From the NCBI GenBank assembly GCA_004022145.1, contig RCNU01000004.1: 64,000 nucleotides of DNA; one strand, written 5' to 3'. Position numbers and translations under genes: made by a program. The stretch comes from Paecilomyces variotii. Its lineage: Eukaryota. Below, piece after piece: positions 52,380 through 61,702 of this stretch. The notes beneath the pieces were generated by a model that saw only the letters and a list, made by a program, of their open reading frames with translations, did not search any database and was not told the DNA's origin. Positions within the stretch are counted from its first letter, which is position 1; each line of letters begins with the position of its first letter.

Positions 52380-53684
52380 CTATTTGTCCCCGTAACAAGA
52401 AGTCCACGTCGTTCGAGAGGTGCCGTCAGATGAGATTGACGCAGTTTCCCACGACCCCTGGCTGTATTCGGAAGTGAAGTCATTCTTGCTCTCTCGTTCG
52501 GCAGCCGTGGATGATCTTGAACTGCTACGTGGGATATCTAGCGAGGCTCTCTTGGGAACTTTCTGCTGTGGTGGATCGATATGTGTAGTATCCAAACAAA
52601 CATCCCATGGCTTTTCAACAAGGTTGATATGTGGACCGCTGGATTGCCTATCCTGGCCGTCCTTCCTGGGGGATGGCGATTCATGTTGCAGAGGCATCGA
52701 TGGTTGTCCAGATGCCGGTTCGCTGCCTGATGGCAAGCTTGCATACAACTCAACGATGCTGTCGATCTCATCCTCGAGGGTCTCAAATTGCCAATCCGGA
52801 AAGCACATGTCTCCGCCCATATTATTTCCCTGCTTGACCACCCGGGTCATCTTCATATGAGACGCGCCATCGACATACGCAACGTCATCCACGGAGAAAG
52901 TATTATCTTTCTTCCTCCGCAGTTTCCTCTCCTCATATCTCGCCAGAACAGCCGCATTCATCGCCCTTTTCATCGCAAACGCCTTCTCGCCACTCCTAAA
53001 AAACATCTCCGTACTCAGTTCTCCATACTGCGCAATCCACGCATCCACCCACGGTATCAAGCTCGGCGCCCTCATCGCCTTTCTCATTTGACTCCGACTC
53101 AATAGCACAATACGCATATTGCGAAGGATTGTAGGCCTCGCTCCGATCCGCGCCAGCATACATGCCTCGCATCGATTTGTCTGAAAATCCCACGCTCCCA
53201 GTGGTGAGTCCTCACTTGAGGATGGTGTCCACATCCCTGATACCGCACGAAGATTGCGCAGGATCGCTTTCTCTTCCAGCCCAACCACATGCGGGTATGC
53301 GTACATGATGTCTAGGTGGAAAGTGACTTCGCGCTTGATCAGCATCCAGACATGGTGGATGATATGTCTATTCATACCGTTGTGTAAGGGACAGACTGCC
53401 GCATGGCAGAGGATGGAGTTTGGAACTAGGCGGAGGAGGAATGAGCTCCTGAGATGAGCAGGGAGGGCATCAATGAGTTTTTGGATTCTGTTGTCGACAG
53501 AGGGTGCGGCTGCGCTGGTGTTGTCTATATGGAGGATTTTGGTCAGCGCATGGATATCATCACGGCTAAGGTCATCCAGTCTGATAGGATACCGAGGTCT
53601 GGGCGTGTTTCTTCTGAGTGGTGATGAGAAAGTCTGGCCTGGTTTGATTTCATCTTCGACTTGTTTTCCTAGAGACGAAGGCAT
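52380..53684 (-). CDS. Hypothetical protein (434 aa), intronless, with CPLH and CEAC motifs
   Basis: Long uninterrupted ORF with a globular-looking N-terminal half (CHAAVCPLH...RCEACMLARIG...WVDAWI) and a Ser/Pro-rich tail. No function recognised. Confidence 0.7.
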   Translation of the reverse strand: MPSSLGKQVEDEIKPGQTFSSPLRRNTPRPRYPIRLDDLSRDDIHALTKILHIDNTSAAAPSVDNRIQKLIDALPAHLRSSFLLRLVPNSILCHAAVCPLHNGMNRHIIHHVWMLIKREVTFHLDIMYAYPHVVGLEEKAILRNLRAVSGMWTPSSSEDSPLGAWDFQTNRCEACMLARIGARPTILRNMRIVLLSRSQMRKAMRAPSLIPWVDAWIAQYGELSTEMFFRSGEKAFAMKRAMNAAVLARYEERKLRRKKDNTFSVDDVAYVDGASHMKMTRVVKQGNNMGGDMCFPDWQFETLEDEIDSIVELYASLPSGSEPASGQPSMPLQHESPSPRKDGQDRQSSGPHINLVEKPWDVCLDTTHIDPPQQKVPKRASLDIPRSSSRSSTAAERESKNDFTSEYSQGSWETASISSDGTSRTTWTSCYGDK

Positions 53685-54453
53685 GGCTGTAGGTTGTATA
53701 CACACCGGGCAGTAGGTCAACTCATCAGGTAGCTCTGTAGGAAGATAACGATAGGGTATAATTCCTACAAAGTCTTAGTTTATTTTATTTATAAGTTGTC
53801 TTTCTATACTATTTTTAACTGAGAACAAAGTCTTTGTGGTTTCCCGGCGGTTGTTTGCTTTTTGTTCTCTCTGGTATGTAGTCTATCTCCGTTTGGCGAG
53901 TAGTTGACCTTTTTCAGGTATCTTAATTAAGAAGGGGATATCCATCATCATTTGTAAAGTCTGTTCGTGGACAGTGGAACCTTAATGCCATTATGGAGTA
54001 CAGATTACCCTCTCATAGTTCTCTAACTCAAGTAGTAGCCTCTCGATCCCATGTTGTAACTAACGTTTATGGAAATGAGCACAGATGTGAAAATGTACAT
54101 ACATTGTCCCTTCGCTACGACAATAGTATGATCCTATGTCATTGTGCAGGATCCATATTGCTCCTTTCTTTCTTTCTATGTTTATCTTCTTTTATTTATG
54201 TCGATTTATGGAAAAATAGCTGATATCGTTCGGGAATCGGATCTATCTATCTCTCGGCGAGGTATGACCTTCACTATCATTGATATCAAACGATGCTAAC
54301 ATGGCCCAAAGCAATCCATCAATATGACTATTAAGCTATTAAATCGTGCCGTGGACTTGTCTTGCTGCTTTAGACGGGTTCCTGAAATGCTAGAAGCGGT
54401 TTATCCCATTGAAGCCTGCGATCATGGATTATGTTAATGGGGTCTTTTTAGAC

Positions 54454-54504
54454 TATATAACCGATATAACCGATATAACCTATATAACCTATATAACCTA
54501 TATA
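54454..54504. repeat. 9-bp tandem repeat (KATATAACC), about 5.7 copies
   Basis: tatataacc gatataacc gatataacc tatataacc tatataacc tatata. Confidence 0.9.
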
Positions 54505-54915
54505 GTTATCATATGCTGTCTATCTACTGCTGAGAAACATACAAGTAGATAGTTAGTGCTCCTGCTAATATCTTTTCCGCCAGAAAGAAAATAGCTAGTT
54601 AGTACAGTTTAACTTACATACTAGATAGATAGTACTACTAGTAACTAGCTACGAGGGTGGAGCCTACGTAACATGCCGGTGATTTCCACGATGGAGATTA
54701 TTTAGCGCGGGAGTGTCCCGCATGGATTTGGGATTTGGATGTAAATTGTAACTACTGGCTAGGTAGTTATCGCGATGGTAGAGAAAAGATGTATCAAGTG
54801 AAATTCTCCTAGGGGTTGGATTGTCCATCTACGTCGATCTTGAACATGTTCTGCCTATCTAGCCTCCTACCCCGCCACCTTCCTTTATCGCATCCTCCAC
54901 GTCCTCTCTGTGAAT

Positions 54916-56221
54916 ATGGGAGACCGATTCATTCGCGAATTGAGTGACTCTCTGGCATCCACAGACCCGGATCATCAAACTGTAGGATCCAATGAACAAC
55001 TGGCGCAACAAGTACTGTCTGACTTTTCTCCTACATCCTATAACCCTAAGACCAAAACAGTCTTACAAGCGTTCTTGGACCATCTCCCGATTTCGGGGAA
55101 ACATGTCCTCGGTCGTTACATCTCTGTAAACCAGGATGCAGCAGTTCTCACTGAACCGAGTGATCACCTTTGTGGTGCTATCCTGGCTCCCAGTAAGTTC
55201 ATTTTCTATCCTACAACCATTGTCAACGTGCGACTCTGAAGTACTGATATTATTGATTCTTTTTTTAGTGAGGGCTGCAGGTAATAAGACGCCCGCAGTA
55301 ACACCAAGTCCCTTTGGAGATATCGGTAATATCGCACAGGAAGATACAGATTTGGCTACCCGTAAAGAGCAAGGTCGACTGAAAGAACTCTGTCTCAAGA
55401 GACAATTTCCATTGTGCAATTATGGCGCCTATGCTGGTGAATGTCGCGATAGATTTCCTGTCACTGATGATGCCTTCGAGGAACGTTGTATTCCTACTAA
55501 TGCATCTCATATTATCCCATTTGCATTGGGAAAGTTCAATAATCGTGTACAAGGTAGGTTTCTCTCTTCCCTTTTCCTCTTCTTGTTTTTCCTTTCTTCT
55601 CTTTTTCTTTTTCTTTTTTTTTTCTTTTTTTTTTCTTTTTTTTTTCTTTTTTTTTTCTTTTTTTTGGGGGGGGGATGCTAATTTCAAATTCGAAATGTCA
55701 CAGGAAACTACGATTTTCACCATCATCTGGACCTCGCTTTTTTCATTATTCCCGGACCTAAACAGTATCATGAGGCCGGATTTGATTAACGAGCCACGTA
55801 CCTAACATGATTACGATGTCGCAGGACCTAAACACTGAATTCGGGAAACTGGCATTCGCTTTGGAGAGCACGGTTAGTGTAAACCTGAAACTATTTTACT
55901 GGTAATTATACTTATAAATTTAGAATGAGGATAATGTTTACTCCATTTAAGACGTATCGTGGATTCCCCAGGTTATATCTTTACCATCCCGATCATGGCC
56001 GTGTACAGCAAGTTTACTTTACCAAGCCCTTCAACAACGATACTGAACTACCTAGCCGTGTCCTTCTGGAGACACATGCCGCCATTGCCAGAATTTATCA
56101 CGCATCAGGCGCAGTGGAAAGTATTGAAGAAATTCTCCGTGATCGCGAAGAGCTGTGTCAGTTAGCAGAAGACGAGAGCACGAATATTGCGGATATTTTA
56201 TCAGTCCTGATTGCAGTTTGA
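54916..56221 (+). pseudogene. Fungal HNH-type endonuclease (HNH_2-like) pseudogene with several frameshifts
   Basis: LKELCLKR.., ASHIIPFALG, INEP/NMITM..LNTEFG and LPSRVLLETHAAIARIYHASGAVE follow the fungal HNH_2 layout. Frame breaks occur at about 55400-55425, about 55800 (stop at 55803) and about 55946. Introns are near 55193-55268, 55554-55703 and 55872-55923. Confidence 0.75.
55559..55674. repeat. About 105-nt polypyrimidine / (T9-10C)n tract followed by G9, inside an HNH pseudogene intron
   Basis: Direct reading. Confidence 0.9.
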
Positions 56222-57155
56222 ACCTGGTCCCTAATGCAATTATAACATTGATCGGACTAGCGTTGGACACGTGTAACCTTAATCCATAGCATAGAGTAAT
56301 AATACACGCGAGATGAAAAGGCCTTTTTGATATGTTGCTCGGTGCTGTTTGTTTCATGGCTGATCTCCGATTCATGACCGATTCATTCTTCTTCCGCTTT
56401 TTTTTTTTCGGAAAGACCATCACAAGCCAACTTCTAGGTAACAGTAATAATAATAATAACCTTGCTTGCTTTGGCCCCCGATTCTTCCGATTTCCATACG
56501 GCCGATCACCTTTAGTTAGTCGTACGGGACAGCCAACAATGCCACTCTATGGAACAGTTTGCGCAGGGGTGAGCTTTACTTAGCTGCTATCATGAGGAGC
56601 TTAATACATGTAAGTCCACTCGGAAGATTTACATCCCAGATCGCACCGACTGCGCCATGGCAGATTGCAATCCCATCGAGGCCATCGGCATCCCTTCGGC
56701 CGCCAGCTAGGGCAGCCCGGGCCGACTCCCTCAGCCCTATCTAGTCACTATCTTCGACTAGCACGGCTTGAAAAAGGCCATTGTCCGCTCCCCGGATTGC
56801 CGAAAAAAAGAGCCGAGAGGAAGAATAATGATCTCGAATACCAATAGATGGCGTGCTTGATTCTTTTCAGAAACCGAAGTGATCTGCCGTGCTGTTTTCA
56901 GTGGATTCGGTGGAGCCATCCGTGGAGTTCTACTCCAGTATGGAACAATGGCGAACTGGGACAAAGAAACTGGTCGCATCGAATCAGAAAGCTATTCTGG
57001 GTTTGATAGTACGCGATACCCTAGCTGAGCGAACAATGGCTAGATGATTTCACGGTCTCGTTCGGTGCCGATACTACTTAAATTCGGCCGGATCCTGAAG
57101 TTGACCAAACTGCTCCTCTGATCGGGATGGGCAACTCAGACTACCTAGGTATCGC

Positions 57156-59069
57156 ATGGCTGCTGACCCGGACAAGTCACTACTGTTGATCCCCATCATG
57201 CCCGATATCGAGGCCGCTCCGGGAAGGTCCTCCAGACCCGACAAGATCCCCTACTGGAGGTTGCTTACGGACCAGAGTCCCATCACTTCGGAGATCCTCG
57301 ACTTCAAGTATGCCGGTTCGGGAACAGAGCAAGATCCGTTTGTCGTCGAATGGATCCCGAACGACCCTCGCAATCCACGGCTCTTCAGCGCAAAGACAAA
57401 GTGGCTGTATACGATGATGATGACTCTCGCGACCTTCGGGGTCTCGCTGACATCGTCAGCCTATACAGGAGGCGTTGACAGCATCATGGCGGAGTTCAAT
57501 GTCAGCGATGAGATCACCACCATAGGAGTCTCACTGTTCGTGCTGGGTTTCGCTCTTGGCCCCCTGATCTGGGCACCGCTCAGTGAGTTGATCGGGCGCC
57601 AGGTGGTGTTCTTCGGAACATACTGTGCCCTTGTGGCCTTCTGTTCGGGTTCGGCAGGTTCGCAGAATATCTGGACCCTATTAATCCTTCGATTCTTCGC
57701 CGGCTCATTTGGTTCCTCGCCCATGACCAATGCGGGCGGAGTCATCGCCGATATCTTCGATGCCGACAACCGGGGTTTGGCCACGACGCTTTTCGCAGGA
57801 GCACCGTTCCTGGGTCCTACATTGGGGCCCGTAGTCGGTGGCTTCTTAGGAGAGAATGCCGGATGGAGATGGGTCCAAGGATTCCTAGGGGCATTTACCG
57901 GCGTTATCTGGATCTCTTGCAGCTTGTTGGTCCCCGAAACTTATGCACCGCTACTGCTTCGAAAACGAGCTGCAAAGCTTTCCCAGCTCACAGGCAAGGT
58001 CTACGCCACCCATCTCGAGATACAAACCGGCAAGATAACCATCGTCGATGCGTTCAAGGGGGCCCTTTCACGGCCCTGGATCCTCCTTTTTGCGGAACCG
58101 ATCGTCCTGCTCCTGTCAGTCTACATGGCCATTGTATATGGCACGTTATATATGCTCTTTTCCGCCTTTCCCATCGTCTACCAAGAACAACGCGGCTGGA
58201 GTGCTGGAATCGGAAGCTTACCATTTATGGGCGTCATGGTGGGCATGATGAGCGCAGTGGCATATAACATGTGGGACAACAAACGATTTGTGAAAATCTA
58301 TAGAAAACATCACGGCTTCGCTCCGCCAGAGGCTCGTCTCCCACCCACAATGATGGGAGGCATCATCATTCCAATCGGCCTTTTCTGGTTCGCCTGGACG
58401 TGCGGCCTCAACGTCCACTGGATTGTCAGTATCATTGCAGCCGCCCCATTCGGCTTCGGGATGGTGTTGGTCTTCCTAGGAGTCATGAACTATTTGATCG
58501 ACGCTTATACCATCTACGCTGCCTCCGTTCTCGCCGCGAACTCCATCGTCCGATCCACCTTCGCTTGCGCATTCCCCCTTTTCGCAAAATACATGTACCA
58601 GGGTCTCGGCGTCAATTGGGCCTCTTGCATTCCTGCATTTCTCGCCCTAGCCTGCGTTCCGTTCCCGTTCATATTCTACAAGTACGGACCGGCCGTGAGG
58701 CGGAAGTGCAAGTACGCTGCCGAAGCGGACGACTTTATCAGGAAGCTTGCTGAAAAGGCTCTCCTGACTGAGGGCACGACAACAGAGAAGAATTCTGATA
58801 CTGAATTATCTGAGATTCCACATGCGGAAGAGGAGACCGTCCGCAAGGATGAAGAGGAGGAAAGTATATTCCGTGAATCTACCAGTACCACCAGCGATGA
58901 AATACACTCTATCCATTCTGCTGCGACCGTCGAACCAGCAGATACTGTCTACCAGGGTAATCCGTATGATATCGACCGCGTCAATACGAGGAATTCCGTT
59001 ATCACGCACCGGTCTCGATCCCGGTCGAGGTCTGTCCAGAGCCGGCGTAAGGGGTGGCTTCGCCTTTGA
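57156..59069 (+). CDS. MFS multidrug/polyamine:H+ antiporter, DHA1 family, intronless
   Basis: W..NDPRNPR, SLFVLGFALGPLIWAPLSELIGR, RFFAGSFGS, GPTLGPVVGG, GWRW, PETYAP, PEARL and YLIDAY.IYAASVLAA, with about 12 TM segments. The start could be Met at 57198. Confidence 0.93.
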   Translation: MAADPDKSLLLIPIMPDIEAAPGRSSRPDKIPYWRLLTDQSPITSEILDFKYAGSGTEQDPFVVEWIPNDPRNPRLFSAKTKWLYTMMMTLATFGVSLTSSAYTGGVDSIMAEFNVSDEITTIGVSLFVLGFALGPLIWAPLSELIGRQVVFFGTYCALVAFCSGSAGSQNIWTLLILRFFAGSFGSSPMTNAGGVIADIFDADNRGLATTLFAGAPFLGPTLGPVVGGFLGENAGWRWVQGFLGAFTGVIWISCSLLVPETYAPLLLRKRAAKLSQLTGKVYATHLEIQTGKITIVDAFKGALSRPWILLFAEPIVLLLSVYMAIVYGTLYMLFSAFPIVYQEQRGWSAGIGSLPFMGVMVGMMSAVAYNMWDNKRFVKIYRKHHGFAPPEARLPPTMMGGIIIPIGLFWFAWTCGLNVHWIVSIIAAAPFGFGMVLVFLGVMNYLIDAYTIYAASVLAANSIVRSTFACAFPLFAKYMYQGLGVNWASCIPAFLALACVPFPFIFYKYGPAVRRKCKYAAEADDFIRKLAEKALLTEGTTTEKNSDTELSEIPHAEEETVRKDEEEESIFRESTSTTSDEIHSIHSAATVEPADTVYQGNPYDIDRVNTRNSVITHRSRSRSRSVQSRRKGWLRL

Positions 59070-59499
59070 ATATATATATCCACAAAGACATAATTCCTAA
59101 TCTTATTGGGCGTGATAATTGTCTGTCTATCAATTATTATTTTTTTCGTTTCTTATGTCTATACTTATACCCCTTTGAGCGTTGAACGAGATACAGGAAT
59201 AGTGTTGGATATAAGTTATGCCTGAAATGAGTGCACGTGTGTATACATATAGACAAAAAGTAGTTCTTATGAGCTATGATTAATGAATTCATACTTTTTC
59301 TAGCATCTTTTGAATCTAAATGTTTACGGGAATGCGAAACATTGTCGGATGCAGATCAAGGATGTGGAACGCCTCTTATGATATTAAGTAAGAACTAGAG
59401 TACAGACAAGTCAACGATTAAGCTTATTCGTTCGTTTCGACATGAAGTAGGCCCAGTCATATCTCGTGACCTTCAAAAAGGAATGATCAGGAATAGGAA

Positions 59500-60675
59500 T
59501 CACTGCTCTTTTTGTCCGCTGGGGTTTGTTGCACGACCCATACTCATGCCAACTTCGACGTCAACCATTATTTTCTGGTGGCTGAGCTTCTCAAGGTCTT
59601 CATCGAACTGGATCCGGCCCTGTTCGAAAGCGACAATGATGCTAGAGCCACCGAATTGGAAGAGGCCGATCTCGTCACCCTTTTCGACTTGGTGGCCGGG
59701 TGTGCGGAGGGGTTCGTGGATCCTGTAGATATTAAAGAGTGAGCTGTTAGTTAGAGTCGCGAAGGGGAAGTTACTGACAAGGGCGATGAACTTACTCTAC
59801 CGTCCCGACGTCAGTTGCACCAATAGCGACAAATAGGACCTGTCCAAACTCTTCGGTCTCGATACAGACGCAGCATCGTGCGTTCTGAGTGAGGATATTT
59901 ACAGAGCTTTGTAGGCAGAGCGGATCTACTTGGTAGTAGTCGCCGGGGATGCTCTTAAACCATCGAACAGTTCCCTTAACAGGAGAGTGGTAGCGGTGGT
60001 AATCCTGAGGACTCAGTCGGAAGCTGGCAACTGCGCCATCGTGCCATGGCTTTGCACGGTCCTGGTCTGCAATGAGGTTCCCCATTGTGAAGTTTTTGCC
60101 TTTGATCCAGAGCTCTTTAGTCTTGGAAACGGTTGAATACACCACTACACGCGAATCAGCTACTATTACGGCCTTTGTTGGGTCGTCCTTTTCGTAGATA
60201 GGTCGGCTCCCGGGAGCATGTTTTCGAATAAAGAAGTCTTCGAACGTTGGGTACTCTGATATATCGGATGGTTCGAACTCGGACATATCAATGTGATAGA
60301 AGTCAACGAAGTTGGCGATCTGACGCTTAGAGCGCGGCCTTCCTTCAATCCAGCCTGTACGGGAAGTTGCGAAAAAGGGTCAGTCTCAAAGAATACGCCT
60401 GCATGGTTTGATGCCTCAATGCTGGGCTCACCTGCATATAGATTCTTCTCATGCGTCCAAAGACGAAGCAGATGCGTCTGATCGATCCATTCCGTAAGCC
60501 GGTTAAAGAGAAAGAGCATCTTGACTTTCTTCCATAGGGGCTGCTGTTCACGCTTGAATTCGCGGCTCTTTCGATCGAGAGTCATCCATCCAACCTCGCG
60601 GTTCTGGCATAATTTCACCAGGGCTAGGGCCCTGTTGGTCCATTCGTGTGCCCAATTGATTAGGTATCCCAACAT
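59500..60675 (-). CDS. Short phosphatidylserine-decarboxylase-family (pyruvoyl-dependent) proenzyme; exons 60675-60432, 60354-59796, 59722-59500 (341 aa)
   Basis: YPTFEDFFIRKHAPGSRPI, ADSRVVVY (Asp), RLSPQDYHRYHSPV (His), IPGDYYQVDP and KGDEIGLFQFGGSSIIV (self-cleavage Ser). The exon phases add up. Confidence 0.88.
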
Positions 60676-61702
60676 GTCGCGGCTGATTGCAGTGTTTCTA
60701 TTTTTCCGCCTGAAAATGTAGATAACCCGTAAACACGGTTCGTCAAACGGAGATGTGCTATTCAATTCACGTCTCCGGTGAGAATTGAAAATCCCTGACA
60801 GCTGAAGAATCTTAAATCATTACACGTACAAACATCAATGGCCCTGCTGGGTTGGTTGGCAGGATATCTCCTGTATTCACTGCCTTGATCGTCATCCTCG
60901 TCATCATCATCAATATTAACGATAGTTAATGGTTCTGACATCAGTGTTATGTCAGACGGTCAGTTCAATCCGGAGAGAAAAGAAAGTTGAAGCCATAAAC
61001 TGCAATCAACATCATGAATGCTCGTACCATGGTAAATCTCTCTCTCCGATGGCAGAATTCCTTTTCCGTTGTGCCTTGCAGTAGCCAGGAAAGGCCCATC
61101 GCCATGTGGATGTTCTAGTGTGAATTAGGTATTGGCGAGGCTTCCAGACGATTTGGCGAGAGCGGTCGAGCCTCCCCCGTGTCTGTTTTCCCCGCAAAAA
61201 CCGACCGTCTCGGCGATGTCAGAACTTTCACCCGAAGCAGGGACGCAGTGCTGTCGAAGTCATCAGGCGGATTGAAACTAGAAGCTTGAACCTCTAGACG
61301 GTCTGGTTTATTGCTTCCTGGGACACGGTACTGTCCCGATCGGCGACGAGGAGGTTGAACATCCCGTTGAAACGACAGGGCGCGGCGGTGAAAACTGTGT
61401 GCGCAACATAGTGGAATTTCCATATAAAGAGCTTGACGGCTTTGAACGCCATTGCGATTTTCAAGCTCTGCTATTGGAATATTACCAGTGTACGGGCCGA
61501 AATGGACATGCCCCGTGATGGATGACTTGCGGGGAGCCGCCTAGATTCTCGAGGGCTCTGCAATACGATTGCAGAAGACACGACGTTGAACTATCTGCTC
61601 TCCAGTTGCTAGTCCTGTGCTCTTGGGATAGACTACTGCTTAGTATCTTCAGAGGAAAGTAGTATTGCCTGTCTCACGGCCCGGCTCACGCTACGCGATA
61701 TC

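Noticed and set aside
28577..60675. Lipid-metabolism 'cluster' (choline-type permease, SUR2, PSD-like)
   Set aside because: The genes are 8-20 kb apart and interleaved with unrelated housekeeping genes, so chance co-location is the simpler explanation.
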